Origin: Takakia lepidozioides
Taxonomy: Eukaryota; Plantae; Bryophyta
Length of the DNA: 64,000 nucleotides
Assembly: GCA_030704615.1 (NCBI GenBank)
Contig: CM060731.1
Location: forward strand, 31,930,001-31,994,000
Direction of reading: 5' to 3'
A model generated the notes under the pieces. It saw only the letters and a list, made by a program, of their open reading frames with translations. It ran no database searches and was not told the origin of the DNA. Numbering within the stretch: position 1 is the first letter of the stretch; each line of letters starts with the position of its first letter. The translations under genes were made by a program, and so were the position numbers. Below are positions 1-13,296 of this stretch, one piece after another.

Positions 1-101
1 TTTCCACAGTCTGTCATCGTCATGTTCTGCTTGTGTCCGCCATTGCAATCGACAGGCAGTAGGAGGGATCATCTTGGCGAGTGAGCGAGACTTGTCAGAA
101 A

Positions 102-693
102 ATGGAGACCCAAATAGAGTGTCCAGAAGTTACACCAGGGCGCAAGCCTACAGCGAGGGAGGTAGAACGAGCAAAGCGTCAAGCGGAGAACAAGACATTC
201 TTTGCATGGCTCAAGATCTACGACATTGCAAAGAGGTCCGAACTTCCGTTTTTTTCATATCCCCTACCTAGCCCTAGCCATGAAACGGCATTAAAAGCTC
301 CAAACCTGCAGAGAGGATATGATAGGGTTTTGCAGCTGTTGACTTTGTCTTTCTTCTTCTTTGCAGCGTCGAAGAGAGCTTGAGTCGCCCTAAGCCCCTC
401 GTTGAGGAAATCCTCAAACACACAGGTCCTCCTCACCGAAGTCACAGAGTTCAACTCCTGCACTCTGAAATGTCACAACGGGAGAAAGAGGTAGAGCAAG
501 AGGAGGAAGCGCAGGTTCAAGCGGAGTCAGACACAGAGGAGGCACGAGAGCAAGAATTGCAGCGAGACCAAGATTATGCCGCACATGAAGACTTGAATGA
601 GACCAGCTCGGAGTCAGAGATGGAAACGATGAAAGAAGCCCCAACAAAGACAAAGCGCGCAAAGCACCCTGCAAACTCCCCAACCCATCAGCA
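102..693 (+). CDS. Predicted first two exons (102-235, 367-693) of the CACTA second (TnpA-like) gene
   Basis: ATG at 102 gives METQIEC...REVERAKRQAENKTFF..LKIYDIAK. GT donor at 236 and polypyrimidine/TTTGCAG acceptor ending 366 splice in frame to the acidic ORF 380..736. CAG|GT donor at 694. Confidence 0.5.
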
Positions 694-1882
694 GGTTTGC
701 GATCTGCACCAAAGTTCTGTCTCCATGTGCATATGAAAAGGCAGTGAGGGTAAGAAACAATTACAACAAGGTTGTTGGGCATGAGTCTTGTATATGAATT
801 TGGGTGGGAAAAGGCTCACTGGAATGTCAACTCTAGTTGCCTGCTTTCTGGCTTGGTCTGGATTGTAATGAGGCCAACAGTTGTGGGGGTCATACTTCTT
901 CTTCAATAAAGCCAAATAGACAGTGCAGCACTAGAGGCACTTGAAGTCCTTACCCCTAAACCCTCCAACATCTCTTTGCCAATTCAACTTGTGGACCATG
1001 TGCCTTTGTTTTCAGCAATGTGAGTGTTGGTACTCTTATGGTATGCTTGACTCTCCTTCATGATGGTATATAAATGTTGCCTCTTTTTCCTTTTTCATCT
1101 TGAACCCATAAACTGAGAATAGTGGTTTTGACTTGGTGATTGTCTCTCACCAATCCATGGACCAAGAAGAAGAACAACATGAACGGTAGTGACAAGCCAC
1201 TTTGTCAGCTCCCAAAAGTACGGGACATCTGTCACGTTGTTGGCTATCGCTTAAACAAAGAGAGGGGATAAGAATGAAGAAGAAAAAGAAGAGACAAGAC
1301 AGAGAAGAGAAGGAGGAAGAGATAAAGGGGTAAGTGAAGTCCCTGGGCTTGCACAAGCTCCCCACTTGATCTCACGTATATAAGAGTCAATGTATAGTTA
1401 TATGTACTCTTACTCTTTATCTTCTTTTCTGTCCCCTCTTTTTTGCATTCTCTCTTCCTTCACTATCACAGACACTTGCTCTGGGAAAATGGTAAACCTT
1501 CCGCAGCAATACAGTCATAGTGTGGAGGAGGGGCTTGCCAATGTCCATTTGTTCCCTTCATGTGTCTCCGATCTTGAGGCAAAGAAACCCAGATACATAG
1601 GCGCAGGCACCACTCTATACAGTCTGCATAATGAGTAGCCAGTCAGTGGTTTCTAAAAACAGACACATATACTCAGTGACCGTTCCCTCTGTGAACAATG
1701 GGTGGAATTCAGTCAATACTGGTTACCAGAATCTATAATAGCAGAGGAGGGTGAAGAATACAAAAAAGAATAATTATGTCAACAGGACTGAAGACAGGAA
1801 GATAGACAGAAAGGAAGAAACTTAAAAACATCCACAGGGGCCCAGAGGGCGCATGTAGAAAAGAGAACAACAAGAAACCTTG

Positions 1883-2449
1883 GAGAGAGAGATTATACTC
1901 ATAAGACATTGTTTGCCATAGCCTTGTGGCCATTGACCCCGCGCCCAATTTGAGTGGGAACAAAAGGGACAGAACCTACCTCTGTCAGGGGCTGACGTTG
2001 GTAGTAAGACTTACCTTCATATTTAGAATTAATCCGGGTTTTCCAGATATCCTCTAGAAATCCCTCCACACAAGCATCAATCTACTGTGTGTGATTGCCC
2101 AAAAACTAGGCCTCAGGAGGGCCTGGCTTTTGGCTCAGCCTCGAGACTTTCAAAGTTGGTAAACAGGGGTACAGGCACAATTCCCTTGATAGATTTGAAG
2201 AGAGCGTCTCTTTGGTGAGAGAACCCCGGACAATGTATCAGAAAATGAATACTGTCTTCAGATTGCCCACACAACGGGCAATTGCACTCTCCCTTTCCTC
2301 TCCGCTTCTGTTTGATGTTCAAAGGTAGGCTTCCTGCCCTCTAGTGCCAAGAGTGGGTAGACCCTTGAGGTCATCCCTGATGTCCTCCCCATGTCACAGA
2401 CTGGAAACAAGTTCAGGAAAGTTTTCTGCCTAACTTCATTTTCATCACA
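1883..2449 (-). mobile_element. LINE 3' end fragment (C-terminal zinc finger plus (CT)n tail)
   Basis: ORF 2113..2322 has CPLCGQSEDSIHFLIHCP (CCHC-type LINE ORF2 C-terminus). The same 3' end and GA-repeat tail recur at 2450 and 16145. Confidence 0.75.
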
Positions 2450-3665
2450 GAGAGAGAGATTGTACTCATAAGACGTTGTTTGCCATAGCCTTGTGGACAT
2501 TGACCCCGCGCCCAGTTTGAGCGGGAACAAAAGGGACAGAACCTACCTCTGTTAGGGGCTGACGTTGGTAGTAAGACTTACCTTCATATATAGAATTAAT
2601 TCGGGTTTTCCAGATATCCTCTAGAAATCCTTCTTGTATAGATTGACAATGACGCCCTGTCACCAGCGAAAGGGGATTGTTTCAGTCTTCTAGATCAGGT
2701 TAAAGAGGAGAACTAGGGATTGAATTATGTCTTGAAGTTGATGGATTGAACCATCTCCGCCAACGCCTGATTTATGTTGGCAACCCGCATGGGATCGCCA
2801 CCGTGCTTGATAAGCTCGTTGACAATACCATCAGGTCCACCAGCTTTATATCCATTTAAATGTTCAATTGCTTCCACAATCTCAGAAGGACTAATGGGAG
2901 TGTTATAAGCCATTGAAATATACTCCAGTTCATCAGGGCTGTTTTGCATCATAGGAACAGTTTTTCCAAATGTGTCCCTCCATTCAGTAGAAGACCCCTC
3001 ACTGTTAGACCTAGAAGTTATGCCAAGGATACTGTAGTGAGTTTCAAAGGTTTTGACAATGTCAACCGATGAAGTCACCACTGCACCTTTAGTAGTCTTC
3101 ACGCGCTGTACTTGCTGACCGTTTTTTGGCTTGTACAAATGTTGAAGGGCCAACCAGAATTTCTTGTCATTACCACCATGGTGGTTTGAGTTTATTTCAC
3201 TGTATAACTTGTCCCAGTATAATTTCTTCTGAGACCTAACAAGCTGATTGATATCTTTACGGAGCTGGTAGTACCTCGCCCACAATTCTCTATTGGTTTC
3301 CAAATTGCAGCACTCTTTATAGAGGGCTCGTCTCTCAGCTATCTTGAGTTTAATCTCATTGGTCCACCAATTAACAGCTCTACATAGACAATTAGTTTCA
3401 TCCCAATGTCTTGTCAACCACGGAGGAAACGAAACTCTCCCAAGAGTCCCCTGCTCTTTCGACTTCATTTCTTGCGTTATCAGAGCGAGACTGAAGTTCT
3501 TGGAGCGATTGGACAAAATGAGGGAGAGCCTCTTGCAAGGCCTGGACATACTCAGCCTTGACCTCCTCATTATGGAGTTTTTCTATGCGCCACTTCCGAA
3601 TCGAATGTTTCACATATCTCTTGGTGTAGGAAAACACCTTTTGATCTCATTCCAAACCAGGAACT
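2450..3665 (-). mobile_element. Internally deleted LINE (3' tail joined to the ORF2 linker/RT N-terminus); continues at 15709
   Basis: ORF 2725..3570 has ISPSEIVEAIEHLNGYKAGGPDGIVNELIKHGG (pre-RT motif). 2450-2640 repeats the tail at 1883. Confidence 0.8.
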
Positions 3666-4013
3666 TGTCGTGCGCATACATATCGCTACACAACTACATC
3701 GCTGTCCAAACCACACCACACATATATGCACAATAAAGTAGTCTACCACAATCGCCCCCCTAGCTGGTGGATAGGTCCCTCTACCTCCAGATAGCTACAA
3801 GATGTAATAGCCACAGCCGTACTAAGTCCTCTATCACTGTCTTTATCGTGCTCAAACTCTATCAACCAAGAGGCCGGGTACAAGAGTAGCCCCATCGTTA
3901 GTCGCCGTCTTGCAATCTATGAACTTGAGCCAAGATCTCGTGTGTTCTAGGTCTCCTAGTAGCTGGGTCTTGCGTTTCTTGTTAACCTCCCATGGTTGTA
4001 TCCACTCCCACTA

Positions 4014-4160
4014 TCCAATGCAATGTGGACATAACCAATCCCCATTCGGAACCATCTCAAGAGGTGGAGTCAAGCATCCCATATGCCAACCTCTAGAGCA
4101 CCGATCACATACCAGCATGGTGGCTGCCCCTTTAGCAGACCCACACAACATGCACCTCAA
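4014..4160 (-). CDS. PHD finger at the integrase C-terminus
   Basis: CMLCGSAKGAATMLVCDRCSRGWHMGCLTPPLEMVPNGDWLCPHC = C4HC3 with the conserved W before the last CxxC. Confidence 0.92.
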
Positions 4161-7100
4161 ACCTGCAGATACCACTGCCAGGTTTGGGTCAATCCTGCCA
4201 TCGACATTCGGAAGGTGACATGGCGCACAATTACGCACATGGTCCTTCCAAGTGATGCCATCCCGACCCTCCAAGACCAAGACGCCTGAGGGCAAGACCT
4301 CTCGAACCCTCAAAATAACACGTCCTGCAGTCACATCCAGGGTCGTAGGAGCAGTCTGCTGCAGATAGACATAGTCACCAGGGTTGAATCTCCGAACCCC
4401 AGACGATAGCCCCCACCACGTATGGTAGCATACCTCAACGTATCACGGTGTTGTGCAATGGCAAGGTTCTCGAAAGCCATGGGCATGACTCTCTTGAACA
4501 ACTCTGCACGCTGCTCACATGCACGTGCCCACACGTCCGGATCGTCAAGGTTAAGAACTGTAGCAGCTTCTCTGCGAATGGATGTAGGCAAATCCGGCTC
4601 TCGGCCAAAGAGAAGAAAGTATGGTGAGAAAGAGGCAAGTGATGCTTGCTTGCTGAACCTGTAGCCCATGGCTAACCAGGGTAACTGAAGGTCCCAATCT
4701 CCTAGGTGTCCCTTCTGCAAGCCATACTTGCGCAAACCCCTCTTTACTGTCTGAACAACTCTCTCTGCCAAGCCATCGGCTTCAGGATGATCCCGAGAAG
4801 TGGTGCGGTGGTCTATCAAGGCTTTGTCACACAAAGCCTGAAACTCCCCCAAGAACTCTCTCCCTTGGTCCGTGAGTACCTCAGCTGGAGCACCGAATCG
4901 GCTAAGCACACAATCCAGGAATGCATACGCAGCTCCCTCACTAGCCTTATCAGGCAATGGAACCAATTCAATCCACTTGGAGAAGTGCTCCACCATCACC
5001 AACACGTACTTGTTGTGGCGCATGGTCAGTGGCAACGGCCCTGCGAAGTCAAGACTCCACCTGTAGCCCAATCCCATGATCGGAAGAGGTTGCAATTGTG
5101 GAGTAGGGGCGTTGAATGAAGCACGCACCCTGTCACATACCATGCACCTAGCCACAAAGTGTTGTACCTCTGTGTGCATACCACGCCACCAATACTGCCC
5201 CTGCAGTAGACTATGAGTGCGTCGCACCCCAAAATGCCCCAACTCCTCATGGGCATGCCGCACTAACCGTGCCCGCTGTGTTGGGTGAGGCACAATCCTC
5301 ACTCGACCATCCTCCCACACTCGGAGCAGGTGTGTCCCCTCCCACCTGAACCTCTTGGCTCGTTGTAGGATCCGATCCCTCTCCTTGGCAGTCATAGTGG
5401 CTGCCGTGTCTCCACTGCGGAGGTAGTCCAACACAACTGAATCCTCATGTATATCTTTGGCGCCACCCTGCTCATTGCTGGCCTCAGGGTCCTCAGACAC
5501 TTGATCTACAGTCATCCCTGTTGTAGGTCCAACCTGGCCTTCCGCTGCCAAGATACACAGAAATGCAGATGCATGCCATCCGGGCACCATCTCCTCGTCC
5601 GTCTCACCATGCCACCGAGCTCCAGTGTCATCCTGCTGGCTCGTGCATGGATTGCGACTCAACCCATCTGCATTTCGATTGACCAAACCCGGTCGATGCA
5701 CCACCTGAAAGTCATACTCTTGAAGGATGAGTGCCCACCGTGCAAGCTTCCCCGTAAGCTTGTCTGACTCCATCAACCACTTGAGTGGTTGGTGATCCGT
5801 GACAAGGGTGAAGAGATTGCCGTATAGATAGCACCTGAAGTGTGCCACGGCCCACACTGCAGCTAAGCATTCTCCCTCATATGAGCTATACTTAGACTCT
5901 GCAGCATTGTTCGAGCGGCTAGCATAAGCCACTACGAACTCTCTTCCCTCATCATCCACCTGTGTGAGCACCGCTCCAAGCCCCAGCATGCTCCAATCTG
6001 TATGCAGCTGAAAAGGACGCCCCCTGATAGGTCGTCTCAAGATGGGCGCCGAGGTCAACCTCGCCTTGAGCTCTTGAAAAGCTTGTTCTTGCTCATCTTC
6101 CCACTGCCACTCCTGGTCCACCTTGGTCAGCTTGGTTAGAGCCTTTGCAATGGCACTAAATCCCTTAACAAACCGTCTGTAATAGTTTGCTAACCCCATG
6201 AAAGCTCGAACTCGGCTCACATCCGTGGGGCGTGGAACCTGTGCAATGGACTCTACCTTAGTCTGCTGTACCCCCAATCCTCCAGGATATATCATGTGAC
6301 CCAGATACTCAATCTGGTTGTGGAAAAACTTGCACTTGCCCGGATGTAACTTCAATCCGTGCGTCCTCAAGCGCTCAAATACCCCCTGAAGGTGTCTCTC
6401 ATGCTCCTCCACCGTAGCACTAAAGATGATGATGTCATCTATGTAGCACCGAGCAAACTCCACCCCTGCTAGAATCCTGTCCATGACTCTTTGAAACTCA
6501 GCGGGAGCGTTTTTAAGCCCAAATGGTAAGAACCGCCACTGGTATAGGCAATCCTTCCCGTGCTCATTGATCCCCCAGAATGCCGTCTTTTGCTTATCCG
6601 CCTCCTTGATCGGCAACTGGTGATATCCGGATCGTAAATCCAACGTGCTAAAGACCTTGGAATGCCCAATGGCATCAAAGATCTCCTCTGGTGTTGGCAT
6701 GGCATACCTATCGGACTTGGTCTGACGATTTACAGGCCGGTAATCACCGCACATACGTCTCTCCGTCCAATTGCCATAGACATCCTTCTTAGCTGGCATC
6801 ACTGTGGCTGAAGCATACTCTCCACCAGAGAGCTCCACCAAACCTGCCTCCCAGAGATCTTGAGTCCTCATCTGAATCAAAGACCTCTCCATGTCACTGT
6901 ATCTATAGGGTCTCCGAAAGATTGGCGTGTCAGTGGCCAACTCAATACGGATCTCTTGACCCTTCAGTGCTCCCAAGTCCTTCAAACTGAAGGCAAAGCA
7001 ATTCCTGTAAGCCCTCAGGAACCGCCGTATACGTCGTCTCTCTCCTCCGGTGACAATGGGTCCAATATCAGGCTCCCAATTGTCCTCCGTAACTGCAACC

Positions 7101-7419
7101 TTAAGTCCAGTGGGCTTAGAGGTAGAGGACGCGTCCCGTGGTTGCTATGCTGCAACCTCTTGAGCAGTACCCCCTTCCTGCTCAGTCAATGACAAGGCCT
7201 CATCCTGCCCCATCATCTCATCATTGAGAACCTCCTCATCCATCACAGCTGCCTTCGCTGCCAACTCCCTCTGAACCTCGAGCACCTCCCACATGTGCCA
7301 TGGATGTCTACACCTCGTGGTCCTCACCGGCTCGCCCCCACTCGCTGCCTGTACCGTCTCGGTAGGCAGAGAGACCATCAAGGGAAGTGCACTCCGCACT
7401 CTACGTTGCTCAGCCATAG

Positions 7420-8372
7420 CCAAGCTGACAATCCAGGTCAAGCAATTGAGATCCATTGCTTGCCCCAACACCTGACGACGTGATGCCTCAGAAAGGGAAG
7501 GCACCGCCGTGGTCCCAGTGGAAAACCCCATAGCCCGCTCTCGCTCGTCGGCATTAGGCTCCACTAACTGCTGCAACTGAGCATCCCACAGGAGGCCAGG
7601 TCCACCATCCCGAAAAGCATGGGATCCTGGGAAGCTGAGCAGTGTAGGTAATGCTGCTCGTGGTTGACCCACCCTGTTGACCACTGCCAAAGGCGAACGG
7701 TCATCGTGTCTCACACGTTGAGACTGCCTTCCTGTGTCCAAAATGCCATCCACGGTGAGGTGTGCTGGCCGCTGCACCCCATCAAATGCACGCTTGAGCA
7801 GTGCGGGTGGCATCAAGTTAGTCCACCATAGTCGTGGACGATGAGCCCGTGACCCCACTGCAGCTGCATCCAGCAATACTGCTGACCCAAGCCACGACCG
7901 GACTTGATGCACACTGGCCATCACCCTGGCCCGAGAATCACCCATCAGTGGCACATTCTCCAAGATGTATGCCGGAGATACAGCCTGATGAAGCTGCAAT
8001 GGCGCAAAATCCGCACCATCTCCCAAAACAGACCCGTCCTCGAGTCTCGCAATCCATTGCCATGCCCGGCTGATGAATGCCCTTGGCAGGGCCAACCTGC
8101 CACTACCAGATCAATGGAGCCAACCCGCTCCAAATCCTGCGCCCCCAGCAACGCAATGTCTGCTGGCAAGGCCTGCTGATATCCACGAACTGCAGACACC
8201 GGCAACAACTCAGGGTGCTGCTGCACCATCTGAGCAACATGGCGCAGTGAGACGCGTCGTGCAGTCTCATCCCTCTCCACATACAGGTAACGTCGAACTC
8301 GTACACCTGCCTGCAGCACTGCAGCCAATCCAGTGCTGATCCCGCCAAATAAGTCCAGAAGGCATATGCCTT
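7420..8372 (-). CDS. DNMT3-like C5 cytosine methyltransferase domain inside pol, between protease and RT
   Basis: Motif I LLDLFGGISTG, II YVERD, IV VAGWPCQG, V GLRDSRTGLF, VI YILENV, VIII AHRPRLWWTN, IX ERERAMGF, X RRQVLGQAM. Order and spacing match DNMT3 catalytic domains. One 1-bp frameshift near 8000. Confidence 0.92.
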
Positions 8373-11300
8373 CATCCGGTCGCTGCCACACAAGAGGTGT
8401 GGTGTCCAATGGCGACAACTGAGGTGGCCCTGGTACAATCACCGCACTCTCCTCCTCTCCTGACGGTACAAAAGCTTCTACCCAAGCTTGTTGCACCCGT
8501 CCATCAGCAGCGTGCTGCAAATCCTTGCTCGTACCCCACAACGGAGTGTGAGCAACCATGGCAGGCAACTCCGCCGTACCATGCATGTCATCCTGCTCTG
8601 CTGGAGGTGGCACATCCTCTGCATGGGCATTGCCTTCCAGCAACTCTCCAGGCCAGCTGACTGCAGCTGTGAAGGCGGCTAGTGTTGGCATCTTGCCCCG
8701 CTGAGCAGCTGCAATACCCCCAATGAATGTCACAGGGAGCTGTGCACGGCGACCATCCCCTGACTGCCATCCAGGCCTGTAGGATGCTGACTCCTCCCAG
8801 AAATCCAGGGTGAAGCCCATGGGGTATAACACTGCCCCACCAACGAGGACATCGTAAGAGACCGCGTCTGTCATAATGGCCTTGGCTCGCATCACTGAGC
8901 CATCTACAGGATGATCCGGCTGCAGTCTAATAGCCAACTGATGCCGTGTCATGCCGCGAGCCTGCTCTGATCCTCCCAGAGATGTCTGTATCTGGAAAGG
9001 ACAAGGCTCCATATCCGCCTCCATGAGGCCCAAACCTGCAATAGCAGCTCTGCCCAACATCAGTGGCTGAGCTCCTGAGTCCAACAAGACCCGCAGTGGC
9101 CGGTACTTCTTGCCTGCCGGGCCACTCAAAGTGAAAATGCCTCCCTGGTTGTCTAACAAGACAACTCCAGGTGTCACCATGGCGCGCTCAAAGGCTGGCC
9201 TAGCTGGCAGCTCCGTCAATCTGGCAGCTGCAGCTTGCCAGGGCGCTGCCGTGGCAGTCTTGACCCTCAAATCCGAGGATCCCTCTGCCACTACACCTTC
9301 CACTAACTCCGCAGAAGATGAAGTGACCTCTCCACTCTCGCAGAGTGTTGCTGCTAGTCTGAACACTGCAGCTGGTCTCACTCCCGGCGTCGCAATCATG
9401 GTCGCCGAGAACAGTGGGGCTTGACACACAGAGGTGGCTGCTCCCAATAACACACCGGCTGCACTAGCCTTGGTAGTAGGTGTCAGTGCTGCACGGGTAG
9501 CTCTCCCCAATGGCATAGTAACCTCCGCCTCGGTAACAGTCGGGCGAGAACTAGGTGCCATGGATGGCGTTGACACTGTCTCCGCCAAGGTGAATGACTG
9601 AGGCAGCCTTGCCTGACGGCTTGCCTCCCCACGTTGTGGATCCAACTCCACCTCTGCACCTCGTGGCTCAGGAACTCGTGTTGCTCCTCGAGTCACGGCT
9701 GCAGCAGACTCCACCTGCTCTAATGGTAGTGCTGCTCCGCACATGAATCCCATTCCGCCCATATCTCCTCCCTCAGGAGCAGGAGGTGGGCCATCCCGCC
9801 TGGGAGCCGGTACCGCCTGAGCTATTGCCATGGTAGCGAGCCTCTGCTCTAGCTGCTGAAGCCGATTGGCCATGCCTTGGTCAACACCCTGACCTCCGCG
9901 TCCTTGGCCATGTGGAGGTTGCCCTTGGCCTGCACCTCGTGCCCGACCACCTCGTCCTCTTTGGGCTGGTCCACCTCGCCCCCGGCCACCATTGTTCCCT
10001 TGGAACTGGCCTGGGCGCAACTCAGGATGCAAGTCATAACACTGGGCATCTCCATGCCCATACTTGCCACAATGCCCACACTGCAACTGTGCAGGCTGTG
10101 CTTGTGCCGGCCTTCTGCCACTCTCTGGGCAATCTCTCTTGACATGGGGTCCTCCACATGTCCAACATATCACCCCTGGTTGCTGTTGGCCTGCAAAAGA
10201 TGCCACGGGCCTCTGCACCTGAGGTCCCCTGTAAGCTCCATGGAACTTGGGCTGGGCAACCTTGCCCCCCTGACCACGCTGTTGGGCAGTCCCTTGTGCT
10301 TGTGGGCTGACAGCTGTGCCCCGTACAGGCATGTCCTTACCAAATCCAATTGTAACAACTCGCTCCTCCACCATGTTGAGCTCAATCCGCTCAGCCAGCA
10401 GAAACACATCTGCTAATGTGGGTTGGGCTGCTTGTAACAGGGTTGCATCTCGCACCCTTCTCTTGAGCTCCTTGTCCAGAATTCCATACCAAAACTGGAT
10501 TGCCTGAGCTTCAGTAACCCCTTGGGTCACACTTATCAAGCGCCTCATACGAGTGTACGCCTCTCGCAGGCTCTCACTGGGTTTGCGCTGGAAGTCTTGC
10601 AAACTTCGCAGCTTCTCTGTCCGTACACCTTGGTAGTTCCTCCGCAACTCCTGGAAGAACTCCACCACCGGGTTGAATCTTGGCAAATGTGTTGTAGTCG
10701 TGGCAGGAGAAGTAGTAGCACCTTTTGAACTGGTACCACCTTCAGAAGTACCAGCGCTACTTGCTCCACTACTAGTGCTGGCAGTGGAAGCTATTGGTAC
10801 TGATGCAGCTACTGGTCGCGTCGTGCCTCGAGTAATGGAGACGTAGTCAGGTGACCAATACATCCTCCACTCCTCAATCTCTGCTTCATGTCCTCGCCTG
10901 AACTCGTGGTAATCGTCCATAGGCGGGCCTTCCAAATGCTGGAACAGTCCCTTCCACGCCATGAATGGGGTGAATAGCTGTGGATTGCGCATCTGCTGCA
11001 AATCACACCAGCTGTCGAACTCCTGGATAAAGTCATCCAACTCGATTGTGCCCACAGCTCCAGAGTACCTACGAGGCCCCTTGGTAGCTCCATACATCAC
11101 CTCCATGTCGTCCCACAACAATGGCGAATGAAAGTGCACACCTGTTGATGAAGCCTCCGAGTCTGTGTCTGACGCTACAGTAGTTGAGGGTGGCGGTGAA
11201 GGTGGTCTGAACCGAATACCTCGTCTTGTGACCCCACTCTCACTGTCACTGCTTGTAGCCGTACTCCCCTCAAAACCCTTGGGTAACTCCGTAATGACAC

Positions 11301-11841
11301 TCACAATGTGCACCTCCTCCACGTGACACTATAAGGCTCTAGTACTAATCTAATAGTGACACGGGTGGGCACCTGTTGCAGTCTAAGGGTCATATCCCAA
11401 TGGCTCAGGGCACCTGCACCTGCATCCACCGCAAGAACTCCTATGGTTGGCTGGTCATCAACCCAGCCTCACCGTAGAAGAAACACTGGTGGTCTTGCTG
11501 GTCATCACTCCAGCCTCACCACCGACAGCATACTCTAGGATTGACCGGTGATCAAATCCGGCCTAATCCCTATGAAAGCAAGCGCCCACACAAAACCAAC
11601 ATGGCGCACAGTCAAGCATGCAGGTGTTGGGGGGGATCCAAACACAAGAAATCAAAACATCAACACCCCCACACCAAAATCCAGCAGCAACGCTGATCCT
11701 GCAGAATATCCCAGCCCAAAACCCCGGACTGGCTGGCCTCCACCAAGAGAGGCTTTGGCAACTACAAGTACAAGGTAATGAAAATAGTACAGAGATGGAG
11801 GGGAAGAATAGAAGCCCGCCCAAGCAAGATCTAATCCTGAT

Positions 11842-12564
11842 CTATGCTATCAACTTCCAGACTTCTCTCAAAGTGCCTCGCTCTGCTTGATGGTAAGGTG
11901 TAGGAGGTATATCTATGTCCAGAAACCTGCCACTAACCTTGTCCCAAGCTACAGTAGCTCGCTCTAACCAACCCTCCTCCTCTTTCTGCCAGGTAGAGAC
12001 AAAGCAACACTCTGCTATCTCCCGCTCACTGAACACTAAAGAAAACAAAGGTAGGGTCTGATAGTCTCTCAACTCGAAAGCTTTGAGACGATTGCGGGTG
12101 TCTTCATTGCGAATGACTGCATCGCCTTCAAACAGAACAAACTTGTCCTCGCTAATGAACCCCCGCTCGTGGTTGCCTTGTGCAGAGCGTGTCCGACTGC
12201 AACACTGTCTAATTGCACAAACTTGTGCAGCTCCTGCTCCTCTGCTCCAGTACACCACGGCCTTGTGGCTGAACACCTTGGTCCCCGGGGCTGTCTTTGG
12301 CTGTGTTCCAAGCCTAGCTTTCACCCACTTTGGTATTTCACCTACAGCTGCAGAACTGCTGGCTCCAACAGAGTTCTGACTGTTCAAGGCGATATTGAGG
12401 CCCTCAATGCCAACTACAGCAGTCTGTTGTCTACTGCTAATGCCTGACTCCCAGTATGCAATCAACTCGTCCAACTGTTCTCCACTCAAAGTCTGAGTTC
12501 CTTGGGAAACATAAATCGGTGTCCCCTTGTGTGCACAGACTAAGAGAAGAGACCTGCCCTTCAA
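11842..12564 (-). CDS. Extra ORF of unknown function upstream of gag
   Basis: 240-codon open frame on the gag-pol strand. The true start is probably frameshifted (ATG near 12590). No recognisable motif. Confidence 0.45.
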   Translation of the reverse strand: MKGRSLLLVCAHKGTPIYVSQGTQTLSGEQLDELIAYWESGISSRQQTAVVGIEGLNIALNSQNSVGASSSAAVGEIPKWVKARLGTQPKTAPGTKVFSHKAVVYWSRGAGAAQVCAIRQCCSRTRSAQGNHERGFISEDKFVLFEGDAVIRNEDTRNRLKAFELRDYQTLPLFSLVFSEREIAECCFVSTWQKEEEGWLERATVAWDKVSGRFLDIDIPPTPYHQAERGTLREVWKLIA

Positions 12565-13296
12565 TTACGTCCTCATTTCCCCCAGCCATGCATGGAGTAC
12601 ATCCACCAATTTGTCTCTCATATAGACCAGCACAGGTTCTAGAGACAGTATTGTGGATCTTTCATGGCACACTCACACTCTAAAAATTCCATAGATTTTT
12701 AGCAGAGTCCCCAAAACAGAAACCAGGTTTAGATAGGTAGATTTCCCCTTTCTGCAGCTATCCCCCAAAAACTGGGTCAAACAGAGTCCATTTGACAAAG
12801 ATATGATGAATTTGGCTCCAACTCATTCAAATTAGATTAAAAAGGGGTTTTTTTTTTTTTTAAGGTTTTCAAGTTTTAAAAATTCAAAGTTACACCCAAA
12901 ATATCTGGTAACTGGTTCCCGGTTCCCTAAGTTCTATATGGCATCCTAGGTTCCCTGGCCACGTGCCTGCTGTTCCCCTCCATTTCATTTGAGTTCAACA
13001 GCTCACCATGCTTTGGAATCCCAACCGTCTTCTACCACAAACCGTGGTGACGATGGAGTTCGTGAAGCGATCCTTCCCAGTAAACCCTCGAGAGACGAGT
13101 CCCCTGTGCACTTGATATACACTCTCTTAATAGAGATCAAAATCAGCAAGGAGACACCATTGACGACACCCAGAGATCAGAGACAAGTACTTGCGCAGTT
13201 CGGAGGCCACAGCATCCCCTCTGGACACTGAGCGGGGAATAGCTGCTACACAGCAGCTCAGTCTATCGTCAGCTCCTATACCTACTAGCTTCCTGC

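Larger units (their letters stand above)
4011..11322 (-). pseudogene. gag-pol polyprotein: gag, two CCHC knuckles, aspartic protease, DNMT, RT, RNase H, integrase, PHD (frameshift ~8000, stop 7145-7147, frameshift ~4400)
   Basis: CWTCGGPHVKRDC and CGHCGKYGHGDAQC; LLDSGAQ; [30 protein letters not shown]; RNase H TDWS, YASR, TDH; integrase HEELGH..CMVC, LDFAG, TDQG, AER; PHD at the C-terminus. ORFs 7145..8095 and 4331..6985 are in the same frame. Confidence 0.93.

Noticed and set aside
1230-1470. Possible small solo LTR (TGTCACG...ATCACA with TATA-like box)
   Set aside because: No matching TSD and no second copy in the window.
3666-3750. 85-bp TG...CA segment after a polypurine-like tract as a conventional 3' LTR
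   Set aside because: No second copy found at the 5' end of the element; only a 9-bp match.
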